Below are positions 27,600 through 37,739 of a DNA stretch of 64,000 bases, in pieces. The notes beneath the pieces were generated by a model. It was not told where the DNA came from. It did not search any database and worked only from the letters and a program-made list of their open reading frames with translations. The translations under genes and the position numbers were made by a program. The stretch is from the NCBI GenBank assembly GCA_013265495.1, contig MU058423.1, positions 5,748,745-5,812,744 of the forward strand, written 5' to 3'. The DNA comes from Vicugna vicugna (taxonomy: Eukaryota). The first letter of the stretch is position 1, and each line of letters opens with the position of its first letter.

Positions 27600-28050
27600 T
27601 GTACTAAGACTGGAAATTGATATTATCACTGGTGGCACTGCAGCTGCAATATTGTGTTAATTCTGGGGCACTTCAATACCAGGCACGTGTAGCAACGCTG
27701 GAAAGAATCCAGGAAAAAAACAACCAAATAATGAGAAGGAAAGACTGATTTATGAGGGGAGATTAAAGCAGCATAATATTTATAGCTGGGCTAAAGGAAT
27801 ATGAAAATGATCTGCAAATATTTGAAAGATGTAAATAACAAGTAGAAAAGGAATTCTTGAGGAGGAAGCAGAATTAGAGGCAATGCAATCTGAATGGAAA
27901 GTGGCAGGGTTATTTATGCCAAGTAAAGATTAAAACACACACATAACTTCCTGACTGGACTACTAAACAGAAGAGCAGTCTTTCTCCTTAAGCACTGAAT
28001 GCCCTCCTGCACAAAACACTAAAATGTGTTATTTTATGGATTACTCATGC
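27600..28050 (+). mobile_element. CR1/L3-type LINE remnant
   Basis: ctgcaatattgtgttaattctgggg...ctggaaagaatccag encodes a frameshifted LQYCV..FW...LERIQ, like the CR1 ORF2 motif LEYCVQFW...LERVQ. Confidence 0.65.
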
Positions 28051-28123
28051 ACTGACAGGCAGAGATGTGAATTATTTTATCAAAACCAGAACAGAAAGAT
28101 ATAGGATATGTTGTCTGACTCAC

Positions 28124-28332
28124 CGTCTGAATCTACCGAATAGAATTCCACTTTTTTTCTTTGATTTAAGAATGTAGAGACTTATTCTCTGGTTTTTAAA
28201 TCCTTCACATAATAAGTTATTTGTGAAGACTGTGAGTGAGTCATCACTAAAATCATAAGCAAGCAGGGAAAATTTACACAGAAAAGCTGTACTAAGATCC
28301 GTCTCCAAGAGGAGACGACGAATGATTGGCAT
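28124..28332 (-). other. Candidate first/alternative exon of an unidentified minus-strand gene
   Basis: Donor CAGACG|GTGAGT (exon end 28124). ATG at 28332 (A at -3) is open for 69 codons up to the donor. Non-repetitive, CpG-retaining and next to the CpG island. The 5' boundary is uncertain. Confidence 0.45.
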
Positions 28333-28363
28333 TTAAGTAGACCTACAGATGGTAGCGTCTCCA
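28203..28363 (-). promoter_or_regulatory. Motif cluster: CCAAT box, AP-1, E-box
   Basis: TGCCAATCA on the minus strand (28323-28331), TGAGTCA (28237-28243), CAGATG (28346-28351). Confidence 0.45.
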
Positions 28364-28585
28364 GTGTAGTGCTTCAATGTGTGCGTCTATTAATCTGGCT
28401 TCTCAATTGCATGAATTTCTCTTCTCCAATTATCTTATCTATCAACATCCAATTATCAGCATGAATTGATAATGTCACTGGCAAAACCCGTTAACAATTC
28501 CCAGGGAATAAAAATGGAATTTGGGTAATAAGATAAAGTCTAACCTTTTTTTCCTTTGTGCTTCATCTAGTTTCCCTTGCTCACT

Positions 28586-28950
28586 GAGGGCTGCGTGCAG
28601 AGGCCTTGCACCCTGCCCTTCCGACCAGAGTTCCTAGTGCGAAAAAGCTGTGCCAGACACGCCAGCCGGGCCGGCGCCTGCAGAGAGGCTGCGGGACTGC
28701 GATCTGGAGCCTGAGCTGCGCAGCTGCGCGGGCCCCGCGAGAGCCGCGCCCCCTCGCCGCGGAGGACAACCCTGTCCAGCAGCCCCGCCCACGGCTCTTC
28801 GGGAGAGCATGTACCTCGAGTGCAATCCACACCTCCATCTATGATCAAAGAATAAGGCTTTCCTCTGCATCTGAGCAGAACTTGGTCTCATTCTGTTGGC
28901 ACGAGCAACACCGTGCAGGAGGACATTTGGGGACGAACTCGGGAGGGTCA
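28586..28950. promoter_or_regulatory. CpG island / probable promoter
   Basis: The only strongly GC- and CpG-rich non-repeat stretch in an AT-rich window. GC box ccccgccc ~28783-28790 and CTCF-like gcgccccctcgccg 28746-28759. Confidence 0.8.
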
Positions 28951-29559
28951 GGATCAATAATTCAGACCTATGTTTATTCCTTAGAACATCTCATCATTTC
29001 TACACATATTAAAAAAAAAAAACGGATTTAAGGTATTTCACTCTTTTAAAGTCCCTTCCCATATTCACATCCACTTCCTATAAAACTGCATTTCTCACTT
29101 TTTTTTCCAGTAACCCTCAGCAGCAGTCTCCATCTCCCATCTTTTCTCAAAGTTTGCCTCACTTTGTCTAATATTATAATCATTCCTTTGCATACCCCCT
29201 CAAATTTTTGGACATCTCTCCTTTGCTTTTACTATCTTGGAAAGTAAAACTGTTTATATCCCAACTTCTACTTATTTCACACGTGAATATGGATAGACTA
29301 AACATTTTTCAATGTATGCTGTATATGGTAGATATTAAATATCAGTACAAATCCATTATCTCCCCTTTTCTGCAACAGATCCATATCCAGGTGGATATTA
29401 GATCTTTCCAGCATCTTATACCACTCTGGCAGGCTGTGCCCACATGACTAATTTTTCATCAATTAAATGTTAGCAGAAGCGATGTTTTCATCTTTTGTTT
29501 CTTTACTTATATAGAAATTTAAGCAAACCATCTTTCTCTCCCATTGCCTGGGATAAGTT

Positions 29560-29790
29560 TGTCAGCCATACTTGAACAGGCAGATAAAGTCAGTCCTTAG
29601 AGAAAAACCAAGATAAATTTTGGAAAGATACGAGGTCATTAAATGATCTTCAGTAGCAGGAGCAGAGCTCTCCACAAACCTGAAGCAATCAATTCAGGTC
29701 TGTTACTAGAAACAGAAATAAACTTGCAACTTTTTAAACCACTTTATTTTTGGGATTTCTCAATTAAAGTTGCTGATTCTTTGACTTAAA
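29560..29790 (+). mobile_element. Old MaLR LTR fragment (MLT1I/J-like)
   Basis: agaaataaacttgcaactttttaaaccactttatttttggg resembles an MLT1 3' end. Confidence 0.5.
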
Positions 29791-29799
29791 GTAGTCACA

Positions 29800-30300
29800 G
29801 GGATCACATTATATCCACTACGGTCATCCTCAATATGCCACTAATGTTGCCCAGCAATTTTTCTACATTTAACTAATCCATTCATTTTTCCACTCCCCTG
29901 TGACATTTCAGACATTGTTTTCTCTACCCCAGTATCCAGCAAGTCCTTCCTCATTCTCCCCCTACCCTTTTTTTTTCATAACTTTGCATTTTATTTCACT
30001 GAAAAGGAAAAAAAAAAAGAAGCAAGCAATATAGAAATTCTGAAATTCCGTATCACCATATCTACCTATGACAACCTATAAAAGATGCTAGGATTAATTA
30101 ACCTAATTCCTCAACTAAAAAGTATCACTTCAGTGATTTTCTCCTTCTCTATTGCATTATTCATTTTTCTTCAAATGTTTATGCCATTCCAATCAGTATG
30201 AAAATACATAATTATATAACCAATCAAAAACAGTAACAATAACAACAAAAACCTTATTGAAGCCTCCTTCCTCCACCAGCTGCTCCATATTTCTCCTCTT
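29800..30300 (+). mobile_element. L2 LINE fragment
   Basis: ataactttgcattttatttcactgaaaag, a typical L2 ORF2 remnant. Confidence 0.5.
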
Positions 30301-31319
30301 TTTTGGGGGATAGTCCATTGCTTAAATCAAGGTTAAGAAGTCATAAAAATTTCCTTCATATATTAAATTTTCTTAATATATGGCAAATTCCCTAATTTAA
30401 CCAGAACAAAGTACTAATTGTACAGTTGCTCTTATTAACATTTAAATGTACATGTTATCATGAAATAAGTAAAAATGATAATCTGATTAATATAAAGAAA
30501 AACTCTGAAAAAAATCATAGAGCAAATATGTTACTTTGACATAAATGTGCTTAACCCCTTTTATCTTGTCACTCCCTTAAAAGGTATAAAATCTAAATTT
30601 TGTGACATGGTAGACCAAGTTATTAGTAATCTAAAACCATCCTTATTCTTTATCTGTTTCCCCCATTAGTCACCAAATAAAATCCTTTGTTGTTATTGTC
30701 CAGATAGTATCCTATATCTGATTCTTGGAAAGACTGAACACTTCACCTAACCCTGCCTCTTCTATCCTTTCCTACATCTGAAATGCCCTCTCACTCCTTC
30801 CACCTTCTGCACATCTCCCAAATCAACCATCGGAAGTGTGCTCACTATTCCACAAGGCTATGTTACCAATTTTACTACTAATCTCATACTTCAGGATAAA
30901 TTAAAGTGTGGCATCTTTGTCATTTCATTTGTATAAATGTATCTTATTGTCACAATAGTATGTTTTAGTCAAGGGAGTATACAAATATTAAATTAAGGAT
31001 AAAGCAAGAAGCATATGTAGGAGGCAATGATATATGAAACTGTAAGATCAATTGTGATGAAAATCAAATAGAAAATGCTTCAAAACTCCTAATACCAAAT
31101 TAAGTTAGGAGAATATAATTCCTTCAAAAACAAAAATTTACTGATAGTTTTTGAGGGGAGAATATGATCAATATTGATCCTTAGTAAGACTCTTTTGAAA
31201 AATATTTATATAGTAAATTAGAAAGAAGTGCAAAATGGAATGTGGAAAGTGATCATTGCAGAATAAGAAAAACTGAGATGGGGACGGTGGTAAGAATAAG
31301 AAGGAAAGCATAGTGAAGG

Positions 31320-31940
31320 TAGTGGTGTGGTGATTAGAACCTCTCTTCAAGGCTGAAGTATTCTTCCCAACTGTAGGGACTGTTGACTACTAGTGGCAAG
31401 GTGAGTAACCAATAACTACAGGAAATTTCCCCTTTCAAAGTTATGCCCCCTTCCTGAGAGCAGTCAGCATCCAATGATTGGTCAATATGGGAGGAACAAG
31501 GCCTGGTCCCCTTTGTCATAACTGGAATCATCTCATAGGGTCAGCATAGTCTAAGAGCTCGCTGTGGGGTTGGTTAAGGCCTCTTGTAAGTGCTCCAGAG
31601 TTAAACTCCTCCCTTTACCCAGTCTTAGTTCTCTCACTTACTGGTATGATTCTTCAGTCACTCACTCACTGGTGTGGTTAGCACAGTTGGATTTGCAAAT
31701 GATTCTAGGAAGGATGCTTAAAACAGGAATTTTGTAGTTGGATCATCTGTCAACCAGTGGACAAAGAGAACCCTATCACTGGTGTCACAGTACTAATAAT
31801 GACTGGCTATTGAAGTAGTGCTTCTCTTAAAATGTTACTGGTACTATACTTGGGTAAGATACTAGTAGAAGTGAATGAATGCCCCAAATAAAATAAATAT
31901 CAGGTGTTTGGGAAATTCTATGAAATTAATAATTTTAAAG
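31320..31940 (+). mobile_element. ERVL LTR (LTR16-like) with the start of internal sequence
   Basis: cccttcctgagagcagtcagcatccaatgattggtcaatatggg...ggcctggtcccctttg is LTR16-like. An ERVL leader-like stretch follows and is cut off by L1. Confidence 0.65.
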
Positions 31941-31942
31941 AC

Positions 31943-33087
31943 TAAGACAAAATACTATAAAGCTCCTAGAAGAAAACATAGGCAAAACATTTTCTGACAT
32001 AAATTTTAGCAATATTCCCCTATGGCAGTCTACCCAGGCAATAGAAATAAAAGAAAAATAAACAAATGGGACCTAATTAAATTTATAAGCTTTTGCACAG
32101 CAAAGGAAACCATAAGCGAAACAAAATGACAACCTATGGAACTGAAGAAAATATTTGCAAATGACATGACTGCCAAGGGACTAATTTCCAGAGTATATAA
32201 ACAGCTCATATGACTTAATAACAAAAAAAACAAACAACCCAATCCACAAATGAGCAGAAGATCTAAACAAGCAATTCGTAAAGAAGACATACAAATAGCC
32301 AATAGTCACATGAAAAAATACTCAATATTGCTAATGATCATAGACATGCAAATGAAAACTACAATGAGGTATCACCTCATACTAGTCAGATTGGCCATCA
32401 TTCAAAAATCCACAAAAGATAAATGCTGGAGAGGGTGTGGAGAAAAGGGAACGTTCCTATACTGTTGGTAGGAATGTAGTTTGGTACAGACATTACGGAA
32501 AATATTATGGAGAGTCCTCAAAAAATGTAAAATAGACTTACCACGTAATCCAGCAATCCCATTCCTGGGCATATATCCAGAGAGAACTCTAATTTGAAAA
32601 GATACATGCACCCCAATGTTCATAGCAGCACTATATACAATAGCCAAGACATAGAAGTAATCTAAATTAATGTCCATTAACAGAGGACTGAATAAAGAAG
32701 CTGTGGTATATTTATACAACAGAATGCTACTCAGTCATAAAAAAGAATAAAATAATGCCATTTGCCATGACATGGATGGATCTGGAGATCATCATTCTAA
32801 GTAAAGTAAGCCAGAAAGAGATAGAAAATTATCATATGATATCACTCATATGTGGACTCTAAAACAAAACCAAACAAAAAAACAAAAAAAAACAAAAAAA
32901 AAGAAGAGACATTATTGAACTTATCCACAAAACAGAAACAGACTCACAAACATAGTAAACAAAATTATAATTACCTGAGGGAAAGGGGGTAGGAAGGGAT
33001 AAATTGGGAGTTCAAGATTTGCAAATATTTAACTACTATATATGAACTAGATAAAAAAATAAATTTATCCTGTATAGCATAGGGAAC
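31943..33087 (+). mobile_element. Lineage-specific L1, ORF2 3' end plus partial 3' UTR
   Basis: ORF2 C-terminal peptide KEDIQIANSHMKKYS...[29 protein letters not shown]; the 3' UTR stops at ctgtatagcatagggaac. Confidence 0.92.
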
Positions 33088-33530
33088 AATGGAATACTAT
33101 TCAGTCATAAAAATCAACAACATAATGCCATTTGCAGCAACATGGATGTTCCTGGAGAATGTCAGCCAGAAAGAGAAAGAAAAATACCATATGAAATCAC
33201 TCATATGTGGAATCTAAAAACAAAAAAAGAATATAAATATAAAACAGAAACAGACTCATAGACATAGAATGCAAAATGGTTGCCAAGGGGGTGGGCGGGG
33301 AGGGATAGATTGGGAGTTCAAAATTTGTAGATACTGACAGGCATATGTAGAATAGATACACAAGATTATATGGTATAGCACAGGGAAATATATACAAGGT
33401 CTTGTGGTAGCTCACAGTGAAAAAAAAAATGTGACAATGAATATATGAATGTTCATGTATAACGGAAAAATCGTGCTCTACACTTGAATTTGATACATTG
33501 TAAAATGACTATAACTCAAAAAAAGTTAAG
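33088..33530 (+). mobile_element. Young camelid-type L1 3' UTR
   Basis: Same 3' UTR type as 53039-53782 (cagtgaaaaaaaatgtgacaat...tgtaaaatgactataactcaa). Confidence 0.9.
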
Positions 33531-33547
33531 AAAACATTAGAACTCCA

Positions 33548-34242
33548 ATTATTATAAATTATTAGAAAAATTATTATTAGAAAAATAAACAAATGGGACC
33601 TAACTGAACTTAGAAGCTTTGGCACAGCAAAGAAAACCATAACCAGAATGAAAAGACAATCTACAGAATGGGAGAAAATACTTGCAAATGACATGACTGA
33701 CAAGGGACTAATTTCCAAAATACATAAACAGCTCATGAAGCTTAATAAAACAAAAAAAAAGGAAGAAGAAGAAGAAGAAAAACCCAATCTGAAAATGTGA
33801 AGAAGACCTAAATAGACATTTCTCCAAAGACTTTCAGATGGCCAACAGGCACATGAAAAGATGCTCAATGTTGCTAATTTACAGAAATATGCAAATCAAA
33901 ACAACAATGAGGTATCACCTCACATGAGTCAGAATGGCCATCATTAAAAAGTATACAAATAATAAATGCTGGAGAGGGTGTGGAGAAAAAGCAACCCTCC
34001 TACACTGTTGGTGGGAATGCAAATTGGTGCGGCTACTATGGGAAACGGTATAGAATTTCCTTAAAAAACTAAAAATAAATTTACTATATGATCCAGCAAT
34101 CCCAGTCCTGGGCATACATCTGGAGAAAACTAATTTGAAAAGACACATACACCCCAATGTTCACAGCAGCACTGTTTACAATAGCCAAGACATGAAAACA
34201 ACCTAAATATCCACCAACAGATGACTAGATAAAGAAGATGTG

Positions 34243-34288
<46 letters not shown>

Positions 34289-34783
34289 ATGTATATATAT
34301 ATATATATACATACATATATATATGATGGAATATTACTCAGCCATAAAAAAGAATGAAATCATACCATTTGCAGCAACATAGATGAATCCAGAGATTATC
34401 ATATTGAGTGATGTTAAGTCAGTCAGAGAAAAACAAAACTTATATGCTGAATCTAAAAAAAAAGTAAGACAAATTATGTTTATAAACCAAACACAGACTC
34501 ATGAACATAGAAAACAAACTATGGTTGCCAAAGGGGAAATGGCGGGGAGGGATAAATTAGGGGTTGGGAATTAACAGACACATATTACTATATATAAAAT
34601 AGACAAACAACAAGGACCTACTGTACAGCACAGGGAACTATAGTTGATTTCTTGTAATACCATATAAGAAAGAATATGAAAAGAAAAAAGTATATATGTA
34701 TGTATATGTATAACTGAATCACTTTGCTGTACACCTGCAATTAACATTGTGAATCAACTACATGTCAATAATTTTTTAAAAAC
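33548..34783 (+). mobile_element. 5'-truncated L1 with TSD
   Basis: ORF2 end plus a third 3' UTR type (ataactgaatcactttgctgtacacctg). Direct repeat ttagaactcca at 33537-33547 and 34784-34794. Internal (TA)n/(TG)n at 34246-34324. Confidence 0.92.
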
Positions 34784-36789
34784 TTAGAACTCCAGCAGCA
34801 TCTCTGTTTCTCTTTTTGCAATTGCTGCTGCTCTTTGTCAACCACTTATGCCGACCCTCAGTCCACAAGAAATAATAATCACTGTACCATGCAACTTTTC
34901 ATGAAAAAATTTAGACAATATAAAGGAAATAGTCCACAGCTACTAATTCCAGATCTTTCATGAAATAAACTTTTGGTCTAAATTAGTCTGGCTAGATGTG
35001 AACGATATGCACAATTACTTGTAAATTAAAAGCAAAAAATTTGAGAAACTCAGAGAAAAAAAGCCAAAACTGGTTGTTGACTTATGGTCAAACAACCCAA
35101 AATCTGAATGCTATAGTTCAAAACTGACCTCCTTACCTTAACATCAAGTACTAGATTTAGAGTTTTTAAAGGAAGTATAAATTTATATGAAATTATAGAA
35201 CATCAAGTTTGGAAAGAAACACATTGACTATGATTAACGTCTTCAAAATATTTTGCATGTGGTAGGAAAAATATATTGCATTCTTCTAACTAGTTTAGGT
35301 AGATACTGAAACCTTTTACTTCAGTTTCTTCTTTCAGTAATATATGAAAATCTTGGATGCCTTATATTTGGAAATACAATATTATGGATTAATTTAATAC
35401 TTACGAATGTAGCATTGAATGTAAAGAGAAAATGATATTTAAAATAGAAGATAACTGTTTTCAGAAAATAGGTATTATGATTGTTAATTTGTTTTCAGGA
35501 AAAATATGATTTTTAATTTATCTGCCAGTTGATTATAATTATAGTTTGATTTTTCAAGTTTAAAAAAGTTCTCATATTTTTATTACAAGGAAATTTTAGT
35601 TTGAGAAATTTACCAATTTCCTGAGTATGGAATAAAAAAAAAATCAGTTTTCTACTGCCTTAGGTTATAACCTTGGTGCTACAAAGCTTCTGCTCAGATA
35701 AATTACTTCATAAAATTTACTTCAGAAGCAGGCACCAAATATCATATTCATCTCTGTATTGGTAAAATATTTAAAATAGAATTATGAGGTCATTAGTAAA
35801 GTCCATTTGAAATTTCAATAACATATCTAGAGATGAACCAGCTTGTAGGACATCATTCCTCTCCTTTCATCATTTACAGTTTATTTGAATTTTATGTCAT
35901 GCTCACTTATTCCACTATTAGAATACCCCTCCTGCTGTTTCAATTTGTGATATCCTTCTTTGTCTTCATTTGAACATTTTCAAATGTAAATTTAGGGAGT
36001 TTCTTTTATCTCATGCAAACTGTGGACTTGCAAACATAAAATCTGAAATATCAGTATCAGGCAGTATAACAATATTGTCATATGGAGAAAGATATTCTCA
36101 AAAACACAGATATGTTTAGCCAGGTGTTCAAAAGAAAAATAAGTTCAAAAGAAAAAAAGAACTGATATTAGTGCACATTACATTACCAATGAAAGTAATT
36201 ATTTGCTGTGTTGTTAGGAAAAGTAATTTACACTGCATATGACCCCTGGGTGTTTACAAAAGCAAATTCATCTTTTAACAGAGTTTTGCTGTTTTCTTTT
36301 GTTTTTGTTTGGTTTTTTAATGCATATAGAAGTATGGGTAAGTCATCATTAAATTGGGATCATTAATAGGTTTCAATGACATGGAATACATTTTTTGAGA
36401 CAAATTTTATCAAAGTAGGAAGAGATCAAAATTGCATGGAAACTGAGTGCTGATAAAGCTCTTATCAAAACTAGACTTGATTTTATATGTGGTTGGATAT
36501 AAGTCAGTGTACCACTTTGACAGGCCAATTTAGCATAATATATTGCTTATGTTATTGCATTACCTAAATGAAAACATGTATATACAAAAAAACACAACAT
36601 ATAAAGACAATGCTAAAGTCTCCTAAACATTGGTAAGTGTTGTAAATTATACTCAACAAACACTTATTTGTGTACCAGGTACCAGGCACCATACGAGGGA
36701 TGAATATAGGAAAGGCACACAAAGTCTGTTCCTTCATAGATAATAAATTCTATTGAATTAAGTGCTGTCTGACTTACTTGTTCTTAACA

Positions 36790-36975
36790 CAGGGGTCAGC
36801 AAACATTTTGGGGGAAAGGGCAATATAACAAATATTTTAGGCTTTGCAAGATACACAAGATTTCTGTCATCTTCTTTACATTTTTACCAACTCTGTAAAA
36901 ATGTAAAAAATAAAAAAACATTTTTTAGATCATGTACCTTTAAAAGATGACAAACTATAGTTTACCTTCCCTCAT
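36790..36975. mobile_element. MER58-like hAT-Charlie MITE
   Basis: caggggtcagcaaacatttt...aaatattttaggctttgc. Confidence 0.7.
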
Positions 36976-37199
36976 CTAAAAAATAATTCATGTATTTGAT
37001 CAATGATACCAGTAAGGTTATTTCTCGTTATCCCAAGAACTTGAATGCTAACTTTTCTGCTCCAAGGATAGTCACTAGTTTTGTAATTTAACCATTGTGT
37101 GTATAACCCATTCGATATTCTGGCCTTTAAGTTGGACTGAGTATAATTGATTGACAATCAGAATTCATTTCAATCACCTTCCAGTTTGTTTTTTTTTCT

Positions 37200-37725
37200 C
37201 CCAGTGTTGCAGAGACAGAAGATTTCTTTCATTCTCTCTTGATGTTAGGTTCTAGATGTGAGTAAGTTACACAAATTTGTTGTATGAAAATTGAAAGAAG
37301 CCAACTTCCTGCCGCATTGAGTTACTGAGCAAGATCATGAATATTACAATGTTGAGTCTGTCCATGAAAATTGGAAGGCAAATGCAGGGCTAAAACCTGT
37401 TGGATTGCACTTTCTCGTATCCATGATGTTGTGGAAGTTCTGACACTAATCCTCTGATCCTGGATCCATGAATTTCAGGTTACACATGCATGCTTGACCT
37501 CAGTAGTTCCAGCAGTTACCTCTTGATCCTCTATGTTCTTAACTGTGGCAGAGATCTAACTCTAACAGGGGTCTGTTCTCTTATTGTCTAGCAATCACTT
37601 GAGAAGCTCTAGTCTGGAGCCAACTCCTTTAGAACTTCTAATAGTCTTGTAAGCATCTATTTCCCTGTTTTAAATTACTTTCTGCTGAAATACCTAAAAT
37701 AATCTCTGTTTCTTTCATGTATCTT
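37200..37725 (+). mobile_element. ERVL LTR (LTR33-like), probable 5' LTR
   Basis: 3' part tttccctgttttaaattactttctgctgaaatacctaaaataatctctgtttct, directly followed by ERVL leader-like tttgtaccagagatggt. Confidence 0.6.
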
Positions 37726-37739
37726 CAGTTGCCATCTAT

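Noticed and set aside
28567..29031. Five overlapping ORFs (64-141 aa) across the CpG island
   Set aside because: Stops are scarce in GC-rich DNA; the peptides are Ala/Arg/Pro/Gly-rich on both strands with no recognisable domain.
32030..34574. Hydrophobic minus-strand ORFs up to 119 aa
   Set aside because: Antisense readings of L1 ORF2 and 3' UTR.
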